Translations under genes and position numbers: made by a program | Part shown: piece by piece, positions 7,421-17,309 of the stretch | Layout of the letters: the number at the start of each line of letters is the position of its first letter | Position numbering within the stretch: position 1 is the stretch's first letter | IMG/VR virus record: IMGVR_UViG_3300042291_001013 | Strand: one strand, 5' to 3' | Length of the DNA: 64,000 nucleotides | Source: a virus | Taxonomy: Duplodnaviria; Caudoviricetes | The notes under the pieces: model-generated | Seen by the model: the letters and a program-made list of their open reading frames with translations, nothing else | Database searches by the model: none | Told to the model about the DNA's origin: nothing

Positions 7421-9547
7421 TTACGAACCAGAAACCACGTATCTTGCAGGCGACGCAGTGACTTCCGCTCGATTTTTTGGATACGTATTAAACAAATCCG
7501 GGTTAGGGCGGCAATCTACAAAATTCCCGCCAGGTGCCGATCCTGTGGGAATTTTGTTGGCAGTGTTTCTAACACCCACAACGTCTAACCGGGTTTGGTT
7601 GTAGGCTTCTCTTATGGCACCAATGCCGGCCTGTCCGGTCAGTGTGGTGGTGTCAAGCACTTGGTTCAGCAAGTCCCAGGCCCCGCATGTGCTGGGGTCA
7701 CTGGCAAACTGTGGAAAACTTTCTACTAAAGAATATGTGCTTGTGGTGGTTCCAGATTGGAATACAAAATAGTTTACTCCAGCCTGACTTTGCCACTGTG
7801 CTTGTTGGTTCATGATTGTGGCCATGTAGTTCCATGCTGTGTTTAGGATTGCAACTTGTGCGTTAGCTGACAGTGCCGCAATAGCTGTGTTGGCATTGCC
7901 AATGTATGTTAACACTGTTGCATCATCGGGCGCTGTGGCAATATTGTTGTATGCAGTGTTTAGTGCGGCAAGACTACCTGCGGCCTGCAATGCATTGATT
8001 GCTGTGGTTGCTGTGTTGAGTTGTGCGGCAAAGTTGTCATGGTCAATCATTATGCCCAGCACATCACACATGGTAAGAGTGTTATAGCAGCCAGTGCCAG
8101 TGGCCACTGAGTTGTCAAAGAAATTAGTCACTGACGAATCAACTGACGCTGTCTGCGCTTGTACCAAGCCCAGATCATCCATGGTCAACAAGTTGCCACG
8201 GTCAATAGGTTGCCAATAATCAGTGTCATTGAGTGCTGTTCCTGCAGGGACGTCTTGCTGACTTTGATAAGCCTGTGGAATTACCCCGCTGTTGTCGGCC
8301 ACAATTTCATTGGGCAAGTAATCACGATTACTGTTCCATGCAGGATCACGACCTGCCGCATAAATTGCCTTGCCAAATGCCGGCCATGTTGAGTTTGAAA
8401 GATTGGGTATGTTTTGTAATGATACTTGCAGAGCTTTGTTGGCCACAGCAGTGGCCTGTGGAATAATCTTGCCCAGTTCATCACAGCCTGACGCACTTGG
8501 CAAATACAAGTTGACAATTTCTGCTGTGCCACTGTTGACATAACCTTGTTGACTGTAGACATAAATGGGGCCTTGGGGCGACTGCGTTAACAATGTGTCA
8601 TAGCTGAGTGGAAACATCACCAAGGGATCCAGCAGTTGGTCTGCACTTTCAATGTTGGGTGTGGTAATTTCCAAAATGTCCAACAACTGTTGCAGGTTTT
8701 CTCCAGTGATCAATGTCAAGCCATCGTAGGCTTTTTTCTGCAATGTGTCAAATTGATTGCTAGTAAGACCATTGGGGTTAAACACACTGACTTGATTGTT
8801 GTTGACCAGGTCCAGAATCTCAGATGGTGCAAGCCCTGACGCAATCAATGCTGATTGAATTGAAGGCAATGCACCAGACAGTTTGGCCACTTTGGTGATT
8901 TGTTGTATCAACCCAGCTGGGGTGCCGTATAGCTCAAGATTTTTTGTATCAACCAGTTTGCCCTGTCGTGATACATCAGTACCAAATCGATCAAACACCG
9001 GGTTGACTTTGACTACATCAGCCGATGTCAGCGAATCCATGGTGGTAAACGTTGGCCCAAGATAGTTGTCAGCATTGACTGCTGAGTTAATAAACTTATT
9101 TGTGGTTTGTACAAAACTGTACATGGACAGAAATCCCTGTGCAAATCGCCCCACATCAAGTCCCACGTCATTGCGACCCAGGTAAGCATTGCCAGTGTCC
9201 TGAATCAAGTTGCTGAATCCATAGGGTTGAAAGGTAGAAGTATCAGACAAACTAGGCAAATATTCGTATCTCAAGTAAGGGTAATTGCCCACTGGTGAAT
9301 AAGGTATGCTGTTGCCCAGGGCAGGACATGCAGTGCTACCAATGCTCAACAGTTTGTCCAGCGTGGATTCTGTTTTGAAACTCTGTGATGCATAATAGTT
9401 GACTGCGGTCAACCAATTGGCAATTGCTGTGGTAGCGTTGAAACTGGTGATAGCAGTTGTCAACGCTGTGGGCAAAGTTTTGATACCAGTGTTGTTTAAA
9501 AACCCGGCCAATGCTGTCAGCTGTAACGGTGTTGAAACGCTGGCCAT
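7421..9547 (-). CDS. Large virion structural protein (baseplate/tail region), putative
   Basis: 708 aa, Thr/Ala/Asn-rich, adjacent to the PAAR gene. Confidence 0.6.
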   Translation of the reverse strand: MASVSTPLQLTALAGFLNNTGIKTLPTALTTAITSFNATTAIANWLTAVNYYASQSFKTESTLDKLLSIGSTACPALGNSIPYSPVGNYPYLRYEYLPSLSDTSTFQPYGFSNLIQDTGNAYLGRNDVGLDVGRFAQGFLSMYSFVQTTNKFINSAVNADNYLGPTFTTMDSLTSADVVKVNPVFDRFGTDVSRQGKLVDTKNLELYGTPAGLIQQITKVAKLSGALPSIQSALIASGLAPSEILDLVNNNQVSVFNPNGLTSNQFDTLQKKAYDGLTLITGENLQQLLDILEITTPNIESADQLLDPLVMFPLSYDTLLTQSPQGPIYVYSQQGYVNSGTAEIVNLYLPSASGCDELGKIIPQATAVANKALQVSLQNIPNLSNSTWPAFGKAIYAAGRDPAWNSNRDYLPNEIVADNSGVIPQAYQSQQDVPAGTALNDTDYWQPIDRGNLLTMDDLGLVQAQTASVDSSVTNFFDNSVATGTGCYNTLTMCDVLGIMIDHDNFAAQLNTATTAINALQAAGSLAALNTAYNNIATAPDDATVLTYIGNANTAIAALSANAQVAILNTAWNYMATIMNQQAQWQSQAGVNYFVFQSGTTTSTYSLVESFPQFASDPSTCGAWDLLNQVLDTTTLTGQAGIGAIREAYNQTRLDVVGVRNTANKIPTGSAPGGNFVDCRPNPDLFNTYPKNRAEVTASPARYVVSGS

Positions 9548-9834
9548 TATCCAGCCCTTACATCGCCGGAGCCGCCAGCTCTAGCATGTCCACATGTGTC
9601 GCCTGCGCCTGCGACCACTACAGCAACACCGCCAGCTCGCACTGTGCCAACACCGCCAGCTGTGCTGGCACTGCAATGTATGGGTGGTGCTCGACGCTGA
9701 CCGCAGGGTGGATGAGCAGTGACTCCGTTGCCGTTGACAATCACTGGACGATTGTTGACTCTTACAGAACCAACTCCCCCAGTGGCAACTCCCCCTGCAC
9801 CATTTGCATCACCTACTCGTTGTACTGCTGGCAT
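9547..9834 (-). CDS. PAAR-like tail spike tip protein (T4 gp5.4-like)
   Basis: PAVQRVGD start, Gly-rich repeats, His/Cys metal ligands (HPPC, HC, TCGH). Confidence 0.85.
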   Translation of the reverse strand: MPAVQRVGDANGAGGVATGGVGSVRVNNRPVIVNGNGVTAHPPCGQRRAPPIHCSASTAGGVGTVRAGGVAVVVAGAGDTCGHARAGGSGDVRAG

Positions 9835-9835
9835 G

Positions 9836-10138
9836 TTATCCCATTATGATTTTCTTGTCGGGTACCTTGATACCAGTGGTGGCTTCAAGATACTTCATGC
9901 GCACTGCATCGTCAGTGGGCGCATACAGTCCGACACTGTTCATATTTAGTGTGGGGTTTTCGTCAGGATCTGCGGTAAACATACTGGGTACCAGGCCCAT
10001 GCCCTGCGGGCCCGGGGCCACGCTCACAGGGTGTTCAATAGACACTGTGTTGTCGCCTTGCGCAACAACTTTGGCAATAAGTTCTTCTCCTGAGTTTAAC
10101 TTAAAGGTGTAAACTTTACCTGTTTCAATTGATTGCAT
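9836..10138 (-). CDS. Conserved phage protein, possible Sm-like fold
   Basis: FKLNSGEELIAK motif; beta-rich. Confidence 0.6.
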   Translation of the reverse strand: MQSIETGKVYTFKLNSGEELIAKVVAQGDNTVSIEHPVSVAPGPQGMGLVPSMFTADPDENPTLNMNSVGLYAPTDDAVRMKYLEATTGIKVPDKKIIMG

Positions 10139-10140
10139 TT

Positions 10141-10812
10141 TTAAACTTTCTGTATAACGTATTGATAATTGATCATGCCAATGGCAATATGCTTTCTAAA
10201 CATATTAACAAAAGCATCAATGCTCATTTTAGGATGGTCCAACACATCCGGGGATTCATTCCACAAATAGTCGTCAAATATCATATAGCCTTGTTTTTTA
10301 AGAAGACCAAATGCCATAGTAGCATCTGCTAACACAGCATCAGAACAGTGACTTCCGTCTACATATATAAGATCAAATTCCCGACGGTCTACAATTAACT
10401 GTGCCAGGCCATGATAGCTCATGACCGGCATGACTTCAACTGTTTGTGTGGGCAATTTTGTTAGGTCTGTATTGTGCCGGTGTATGTCTTGAATAATACG
10501 TTGCTCAGGTAACTCATCGTTTTTGTATGCATTCATTGGTGTGTTACCAAACGGATCAATGCAAGTGATAGTTCCATCTTTGGCCAACAAGTTTTCCAGC
10601 ATCCAACAAGTGGCGCGGCCTTCGTGCGAACCAATTTCCAAGATACTAGATAACTTTTGTTCAGCATGTTCCTTGACAAAGTTAAAGTTTACCAAACCAT
10701 TTGAAAACCAGTCAGCTGTGAAAAAGTGTTTGGTTTCAAAGTCTGGTATATTTTGTCGAAACCAGTCTATTGTGATGTTGTCTAAATCAGGCAAGTTTTT
10801 GTCTGAGCTCAT
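10141..10812 (-). CDS. Class I SAM-dependent methyltransferase (Methyltransf_24-like)
   Basis: LEIGSHEGR, DLIYVDGSH, LLKKQGYMIFDDY. Confidence 0.85.
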   Translation of the reverse strand: MSSDKNLPDLDNITIDWFRQNIPDFETKHFFTADWFSNGLVNFNFVKEHAEQKLSSILEIGSHEGRATCWMLENLLAKDGTITCIDPFGNTPMNAYKNDELPEQRIIQDIHRHNTDLTKLPTQTVEVMPVMSYHGLAQLIVDRREFDLIYVDGSHCSDAVLADATMAFGLLKKQGYMIFDDYLWNESPDVLDHPKMSIDAFVNMFRKHIAIGMINYQYVIQKV

Positions 10813-11008
10813 TGAACCCTCCCACATGTGCATCATCTAAAAAGATTTGCGGTAGTGTGCGGGCAGTTGGAACTGCTTCTAATAATTGTTCTCGGGTCCA
10901 GCCATGCATAATATTGCGTTCTTCGTATTCAATGCCTCGGCTTTCAAGCAGTGCTTTGGCTTGAACACAATAAGGACATTGATCCTTACTCCATACTATC
11001 GCTTTCAT
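10787..11008 (-). CDS. grx: Glutaredoxin
   Basis: CPYC active site, TLPQIF, GGF. Confidence 0.95.
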   Translation of the reverse strand: MKAIVWSKDQCPYCVQAKALLESRGIEYEERNIMHGWTREQLLEAVPTARTLPQIFLDDAHVGGFNELRQKLA

Positions 11009-11419
11009 TCAGTTTCCTTGTTTTGATGTATCATAAGTTTGTGCAAAAATATCTTTCTTTACAACGCCATAGTCACCAGGACCATGCTTGACAATATAAT
11101 CATTGCCTTTGGTATATTCTAAATTGCCCCAGCTGGCTTTTACAACACCATCATGGTCAGCAAGTCGAGCTACCTTCATGATCTTCTTGGGTGTTGCCGT
11201 GCCGTCGCCGTTGTCATCATAATAGGCCGTAAACTTGATAGGGCTTACAGGATACCGTTCGCCCTTGGGGCCTGTAATAATCTTGTGTCCCACTGTATAT
11301 GCAACAGGACCTTCTAGTGTGTCTACTGTGCCGTTGTCTGTGGCAGTTTCATACTTGATGGGAGTAGGGTGCTTGTAGGTTTCAAACCCACCTTGTTGGA
11401 ACCATTCGTCGTTAATCAT
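11009..11419 (-). CDS. PGDYG-motif protein
   Basis: HGPGDYGVVKKDIFAQTY; two similar half-domains. Confidence 0.75.
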   Translation of the reverse strand: MINDEWFQQGGFETYKHPTPIKYETATDNGTVDTLEGPVAYTVGHKIITGPKGERYPVSPIKFTAYYDDNGDGTATPKKIMKVARLADHDGVVKASWGNLEYTKGNDYIVKHGPGDYGVVKKDIFAQTYDTSKQGN

Positions 11420-12516
11420 AAGTTTGGTAACTCGTCGTAATCAATATTCTCGCTCATTACACCAATAACATAGTTGGTGCTTTCATTTTCCTGTAGTGCT
11501 GTTTGCTTTTTGCTAACATCAACGTGTTTGTTAAACCAAGGAATTGGGGTGCTACGTGGTGCAGGCTCCTGGTACTTGATTCCAATTTCTTTAAGTGCAT
11601 TGACTGCTGTGTAGTCCACAAAGTCTTTGAGAATGTTAGCGTTAAGTCCAATCACGGGGCCTTTCTTGAACAAGTATTCAGCCCAGGCTTTTTCTTCACG
11701 GATCACATCCAAGTACATCTGATACACTTCAGCTTCACATTCTGCTTTGGCCTTGGCAAAGCGCGGATCTTCTTTGACAACCTGATTGATCAACCAAGCT
11801 GTCCATTCCTTGTGCAGAATCTCGTCTTGCAAGATCAAGCCAATAATATTACCATTGCCCATAAAGATGCGATTCTCTACCATGGCTAAACTAGTAGCAA
11901 AGCTAACCATAAAGCGGAATGCTTCTAGTGCATAACTAGCGTTAAGAGCCATCCAAATTGCTTTGATGTGTTCATGTTCAGAAAACTTTTCTAACAATTC
12001 TTTGCGACAGTTGATCATGTGCAACTTATCATAGTAGTTGCCCACACTTGATGCCATGTCCACAATCTCTTGTGTGTCGTGGATAGTGTTGAACACATCC
12101 TTGGGCACGTTGTAGATGTTGCGAATGATGTGACTGTAACTGCGACTATGAATGTTTGTTTCAAAGAATGTCCAGTTGTACACCAGGGCCTCTAGTTCGG
12201 GAATACTCACAACAGGTGTAAAGATTTGACTTGGGCCACGTCCTTGTAAACTGTCTAGTGCTGTTTGCCGTAGTAGATTTGATGTAAAGATATGCTTGAC
12301 AGTATCTGATGCGTCTTTGAAGTCTTGTGCGTCTTTGGTTAACGAGATTTCTTCTGGTACCCAAAAGAAGCCACGTGCTTCTTGCTCGTACTTGACTAGT
12401 TTGTTGTATTTGACTTCTTCAAATCGTTGTACTGTTACCGGGCCTGCTGGGTCCAGGAACATCTTGCGATTGAGATAGTCTGTTTTTAATTTTAAATTGT
12501 ATTGTGCTTGACTCAT
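11416..12516 (-). CDS. nrdB: Class Ia ribonucleotide reductase beta subunit
   Basis: Diiron ligands and radical Tyr: LDSLQ, ETNIHSRSY, LEAFRF, DEILH. Confidence 0.96.
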   Translation of the reverse strand: MSQAQYNLKLKTDYLNRKMFLDPAGPVTVQRFEEVKYNKLVKYEQEARGFFWVPEEISLTKDAQDFKDASDTVKHIFTSNLLRQTALDSLQGRGPSQIFTPVVSIPELEALVYNWTFFETNIHSRSYSHIIRNIYNVPKDVFNTIHDTQEIVDMASSVGNYYDKLHMINCRKELLEKFSEHEHIKAIWMALNASYALEAFRFMVSFATSLAMVENRIFMGNGNIIGLILQDEILHKEWTAWLINQVVKEDPRFAKAKAECEAEVYQMYLDVIREEKAWAEYLFKKGPVIGLNANILKDFVDYTAVNALKEIGIKYQEPAPRSTPIPWFNKHVDVSKKQTALQENESTNYVIGVMSENIDYDELPNL

Positions 12517-12520
12517 TGTA

Positions 12521-12712
12521 TTACCAGTGTCTAATTGTGTTGGCTATGATAAAGCCACAAGTTATAACATGTATTATAACCCAAAATGTTTTAAAGAACA
12601 AGGCTATTCGAGCTTCTCGAAGTGTTAGTATAGGCACATCAGGACGGTCATGATCTGACTCGCCCATCAAGTGCCCAGTTGCTCGGGCCCAGACTTTTTC
12701 TAAGCTATTCAA
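12521..12712 (-). CDS. Small membrane protein
   Basis: 63 aa with a C-terminal hydrophobic helix, between nrdA and nrdB. Confidence 0.7.
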   Translation of the reverse strand: MNSLEKVWARATGHLMGESDHDRPDVPILTLREARIALFFKTFWVIIHVITCGFIIANTIRHW

Positions 12713-15030
12713 AGTTTACACGCCTCGCAATCTTCTTCAAGATCAAAATCAATCTCAAGTAAGGGTGCAGGTGCATCTTCTTTGACCATCTTGCTGCCAG
12801 CCTTGTTGATTAAGCTGTAGTAGAATGTTTTCAGTCCCCAGTAGTGTGCTTGCATCAAGTTCCGGGCAATCAGTGTGGTGGGAACTTTGCGGTCAGGAAA
12901 GTGTGCAGGGTTGTAGAATGTGTTTGTTGAGATTGACTGATCAACGTAAGCCGCCAACACAGCCGCGGTCTTTAAGTAGCCGTCACAGTCTTTTTGTGCC
13001 CACATCATTTGATACTTGTTTTTAAGTTTGTGATACTCGGGCACAACCTGTGTTAATGATCCTGCTTTGGATTCTTTAACAGAGATTAGACTCATGGGCA
13101 TTTCAATGCCGTTGGTTGAGTTGATAACCACACTACTAGACTCTACAGGAGCAATGGCCATCAAGGTAGCATTGCGTACCCCGTAACTGCGCATCTCTGC
13201 TCGCAAACCTTCCCAGTTTAGTTCAGGAGCAAAGTCCGTGAGCTCGTTGACCCCGGCGCTACGTCTCTCCCAAGGAAAGACACCTTTACCATACCAGGTG
13301 CGGTCTGAATCTTTGCAACGGCCCCGCTCCTTAGCAAGCTCAACTGTGGCTTCGGTAAGGTAGAAAGCCTGATGTTCCATCCAGCTTTTGACTTCGGCCA
13401 AAGAGTCCTTGTCACCATATTGGAGTCCTCGTTTGGCATGCCAGTAAGCCAAGTTAGTAATGCCGATACCAAGCGGCTGGATTTCGTCATTCGATAACTG
13501 CGATTGGATTGACAGGAAGTCTTGGTAGTCAAGGATATTGCACAAGGATCTCTGCAGAATTCTACAAGCTCTGCGCATGTCTTCAGGATTCCGGAATGCA
13601 CCCCAGTTAATACTTCCAAGCGTACAGAGCGCGATTCGCCCATCAGCGTCATCCAGGCGCTTAAACGATTTTGTAGGTAAGAGAATTTCACAGCAAAGAT
13701 TACTCTGGTAAATGGTGTGATACTCAGAGTCAAACGGACCCTGGTTCATCACGTTGTCAATAAACACAAGATAGATACGACCAGTGTCTGTTCGCTCTTT
13801 CAGTATGCCCGACTTGAAAACTTCTTCAGCACTCATGGTCTTGGTGCGTAAGTCTTTACGTTTTTCGTATTTAACATACAGCTCTTCAAAGCGTTCGGTA
13901 TTTTTATAAAACGCTTCGTATAAGTCTGGTACTTCGTTGGGATCAAAGAATGTTATGTCTTCTTTGTTTTTGAATCGTCTCCAGAAGAAAGCACTAAGCA
14001 CAACCCCATAATCCATATGACGGACTCGGGTTTCTTCTGTTCCTTGGTTGTTCTTAAGGACAATAAGGTCATCAAACTGAAGATGCCAAATAGGATAAAA
14101 AACAGTAGCACTTGCATTACGAATACCTCCTTGACTGCAACTACGCAGGTCACCAAACCACTTCTTCAAGAATGGGATCATACCTGTGTGCATAATTTCA
14201 CCACCACGAATGGGTGAACCTAGTGGTCTTAGACGACCAATCTCCAAACCAATGCCGGCACGTTTGCTGGCATACTTGGCCATCATCTCGCCACTAGCGA
14301 ATATACTATCAAGATCGTCGTCACTCCTGATAAGCACACAACTACTAAACTGTTTAGTAGGAGTGCCGAGCCCTGCAAGCACAGGTGTAGCAAGAGTAAA
14401 CAAACCATCACTGGCGGCTTGATAATATTCTTTGATATAACGCATTCTAGCTGAGTTAGGCTCTTCTTTGTGAAACACTGTAGCCGCGGCCACCATGTAT
14501 CTGACTTGTGGAGTTTCATAAATTTCCTTAGTGCTACGATTACGAACAAGATACTTTTCAATCAGTTGTTCCACTGCCGCGTAACTGTATTGCTCATCCT
14601 TGACATGATCCAGCATGTCATTCATACGGTTCCAATCAGCCTCATCGTACCATTCCAGGAGTTCGGCAGTGTACAGGCCTGTGGCCACGTTTTTCTTCAC
14701 AATCTCATACAAGTGGGGAGGCTGATAGGAACCGTATACGTCTTTGCGTAACATGCTTAGTCGTTGTTTGCCTGCCACGTATTGATAGTTGGTATGTCCC
14801 ACGTCAGGGTTTGACTCTACGTCAATTAGATCCACTATGGCTCGTAGTGTAATTCCATCAATCTCAGTTGTTGTTATGCCGTCATAAAAATGCAGTTGAG
14901 CTTTGATTTCGATCATGCTCTGACTAACATCTGCTATTCCTGAACAGACTTTTGCAATCTGCGCTTGCCATTTTTCCAATGCCAACGGCTCGCGAGTTCC
15001 GTTGCGCTTTAAGACAGTAATTTGCTTCAT
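12709..15030 (-). CDS. nrdA: Class Ia ribonucleotide reductase alpha subunit
   Basis: N-terminal ATP-cone (VLKRNG), FSSC, SNLCCEI, ALCTL, C-terminal CEAC. Confidence 0.97.
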   Translation of the reverse strand: MKQITVLKRNGTREPLALEKWQAQIAKVCSGIADVSQSMIEIKAQLHFYDGITTTEIDGITLRAIVDLIDVESNPDVGHTNYQYVAGKQRLSMLRKDVYGSYQPPHLYEIVKKNVATGLYTAELLEWYDEADWNRMNDMLDHVKDEQYSYAAVEQLIEKYLVRNRSTKEIYETPQVRYMVAAATVFHKEEPNSARMRYIKEYYQAASDGLFTLATPVLAGLGTPTKQFSSCVLIRSDDDLDSIFASGEMMAKYASKRAGIGLEIGRLRPLGSPIRGGEIMHTGMIPFLKKWFGDLRSCSQGGIRNASATVFYPIWHLQFDDLIVLKNNQGTEETRVRHMDYGVVLSAFFWRRFKNKEDITFFDPNEVPDLYEAFYKNTERFEELYVKYEKRKDLRTKTMSAEEVFKSGILKERTDTGRIYLVFIDNVMNQGPFDSEYHTIYQSNLCCEILLPTKSFKRLDDADGRIALCTLGSINWGAFRNPEDMRRACRILQRSLCNILDYQDFLSIQSQLSNDEIQPLGIGITNLAYWHAKRGLQYGDKDSLAEVKSWMEHQAFYLTEATVELAKERGRCKDSDRTWYGKGVFPWERRSAGVNELTDFAPELNWEGLRAEMRSYGVRNATLMAIAPVESSSVVINSTNGIEMPMSLISVKESKAGSLTQVVPEYHKLKNKYQMMWAQKDCDGYLKTAAVLAAYVDQSISTNTFYNPAHFPDRKVPTTLIARNLMQAHYWGLKTFYYSLINKAGSKMVKEDAPAPLLEIDFDLEEDCEACKL

Positions 15031-15032
15031 TG

Positions 15033-15458
15033 TTACCTTAGTTGTTGTTTTATTTGTGCTAGTGTCATGCTGTGTCGAACCTTTTGAGGTTCTAGGTTGA
15101 TATTTACAACAGTATCCGCGTCCCAATTCAGTATATATTTTGATTTGTCTACCAGGACTAAATTGTCGCTATCTAGCTCAACCAACACCACATCCTGCAG
15201 ATCTTCACGATCTACAATAGCTATAGTATACAGGATTCCCAGCCCGCGAGCAAGTGGGCAATAGAGGTTGTCACTCAATAATTGCCAGGGATCTGGCCAA
15301 GTGGGTTGATCGTCCCAGTGCAAATGGTAAGCACGCCATGGCGTACCAAACCACCAGGAATTGATTAGATCCAATGCTTTTTGTTTATCGGCCTGGGCGG
15401 CTTGTTGTCTCAGTTGCGTCCAAGACTCAAGCCTTTCGGCAAAAGTTTGATGCCACAT
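15033..15458 (-). CDS. Hypothetical protein, possibly transglutaminase/cysteine-protease-like
   Basis: WPDPWQLL..NLYCPLARGLGILYT pattern; coupled to the fibre gene. Confidence 0.5.
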   Translation of the reverse strand: MWHQTFAERLESWTQLRQQAAQADKQKALDLINSWWFGTPWRAYHLHWDDQPTWPDPWQLLSDNLYCPLARGLGILYTIAIVDREDLQDVVLVELDSDNLVLVDKSKYILNWDADTVVNINLEPQKVRHSMTLAQIKQQLR

Positions 15459-17290
15459 TACCCAAGGTTTGTAATAGTGTAGTCAATTATTCCGTCAATA
15501 CCAGCAGTACAGGTGTAGCTGATGGTACAACCAGTAAGGTTGTCGGTCACTGTTAACGTAGTACCGGTACTGCTATTTTCTTGATAGTCGTCAATGTAGG
15601 TAAACCCAGCACCTGAGCCATTGTAGTTTTGCATTACTGTAACTGCTCCACGACGTGTGTTCACATCACGTTTGATAGTATAATCCATTTTAAACGAACT
15701 TAGGCCAGTTGAACCAGCACCAGTCCATCTTGGAATCGTCACAAGGTTAGCTGTGGTTGATTCGTTTACAATGTCTCTCACACTGGCCGCAACTTGATAA
15801 TTGCCAAGGTCCAGTGTGTTGGCTGGAGTATAAACTACAGCAGTGTCATAGTAATACTGAACATTATGAGAGTTCATGCTCATAGCAATGGTATTGCTGT
15901 TGTTCAGTTTGATTCTAGGATAGGTAGTGCTTTGTTGGTTGTTGCGTTGAAACATATCACCAACGCTGACGTTGTTGTCACCGTCAATGTCAATGATACT
16001 GGTGGCCGGGAGAGTCACTCCCAAGAAGCTGTTGCCCACGTCATAGAAGGTGTTGTAGGCCGAGATGTTCCGACCCACATCAGTCATTGAAATGCCGTCA
16101 GCGTAGATGTTGTCAAACACACTGGTTGTGACTCTTACTCCAGTGGGGCCTGTGGTCTGTCCCACTGCCAATGCCAAGTTAACACCACTGTACAATACAT
16201 CAAATTCACAGTTGCTGAATGTTACACTTTCGGTGTTGTCTTCATCAAGGTCCACACCATAGCTCATGTTTGAAAACAAGCAGTTGTTGAATGTTACATG
16301 GCGAACCAGCAGTGTGCCTGTTCCGGTGGCTCTAACACCAGCTGTGCCGGCACCTGCGGTATTCAAGTTGGCTTCTGTGCTTGCACCTTCAAATGCCACA
16401 GAGTCAAAAAAGCATTCAGGAGATTTTTCCAATAACACACCGCTGACATCACGATTGGTTCTAAACTTGATACCAGAGATTTCAATGTTGCCCGGTGGCA
16501 ATGCATCATTGGTGGCAATGTTTACTCCGGTTTGTTGTAGGCTGTCGGCAGTTTGCAAGATGTAATCTGGCAATCCACTGGCGGCATTGGTATTGATGTC
16601 TCCCCAATAGTAGTCGCCACCTGTGGTGGTGGCATTGATCAAGGTGCCCACAGGCACAGGGAAGTTTGCTCGATAATAACCAGCTGATGCATAGCCGCCA
16701 GTGCCGTCATAGTACACCAAGATGTTGTCAGTATAAGAAACAGTGCTGGTCCAATTCTGCACGTTCAAATAGATAATGGTGCTGTCAGCACCTTCGCCAT
16801 ACAATTTACAGTATGGAGGAATATCTAGTGTGTCAGTGATGATGTAAGTGCCTGCTGGAAAAAACACACTACGACGAACCTGTGTGGTTAGGCCACGGCA
16901 AAAGATCTGATTCAGCGCACGATTAATGTCTAGTGTTACGTCAGTGACACCATCGCCTGTGGCACCAAAGTCAGTGATCACAGCATAGCTGTCTAGTCTG
17001 CTTTGAATGCTTTGGCTAACTGGTGTGCTGGTTGTGGGACCAGTCTGCACTGTGTAGCCAGCGGCTTCGCCCTTGTAGGTGTATTCTGTAGCAAAACTCA
17101 GAATATCTGAAAATTCAGTTAGAACTTCTGTGTTGCCAACAACAGGTGCGCCGTCTAATAAATCGCCGTTGCCAATGAATAGCCTGCGTTGATCTATTGC
17201 CCAGCCAAACTCTGCACCTGCTAGAGGTGCTGGCAAATCGCTTTCTAAGCCTTTGCGTTGTGTGATTCGTGATATTTGTACAATTGCCAC
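15458..17290 (-). CDS. Tail fibre/baseplate protein with pectin-lyase-like beta-helix
   Basis: N-terminal fibre-attachment motif (QISRITQRKG...AEFGWAIDQRRLFIGNG); DFGATGDGVTD, VFFPAGTY, LYGEG. Confidence 0.8.
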   Translation of the reverse strand: MAIVQISRITQRKGLESDLPAPLAGAEFGWAIDQRRLFIGNGDLLDGAPVVGNTEVLTEFSDILSFATEYTYKGEAAGYTVQTGPTTSTPVSQSIQSRLDSYAVITDFGATGDGVTDVTLDINRALNQIFCRGLTTQVRRSVFFPAGTYIITDTLDIPPYCKLYGEGADSTIIYLNVQNWTSTVSYTDNILVYYDGTGGYASAGYYRANFPVPVGTLINATTTGGDYYWGDINTNAASGLPDYILQTADSLQQTGVNIATNDALPPGNIEISGIKFRTNRDVSGVLLEKSPECFFDSVAFEGASTEANLNTAGAGTAGVRATGTGTLLVRHVTFNNCLFSNMSYGVDLDEDNTESVTFSNCEFDVLYSGVNLALAVGQTTGPTGVRVTTSVFDNIYADGISMTDVGRNISAYNTFYDVGNSFLGVTLPATSIIDIDGDNNVSVGDMFQRNNQQSTTYPRIKLNNSNTIAMSMNSHNVQYYYDTAVVYTPANTLDLGNYQVAASVRDIVNESTTANLVTIPRWTGAGSTGLSSFKMDYTIKRDVNTRRGAVTVMQNYNGSGAGFTYIDDYQENSSTGTTLTVTDNLTGCTISYTCTAGIDGIIDYTITNLG

Positions 17291-17309
17291 AGTGATGGTC
17301 CTTTGGATA

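Noticed and set aside
11416-15030. Intron or intein in nrdA/nrdB
   Set aside because: Both are continuous and of normal length; the intervening 63-aa ORF has no homing-endonuclease motifs.
15458-17290. Diversity-generating retroelement target
   Set aside because: No reverse transcriptase and no TR/VR pair differing at adenines in the window.
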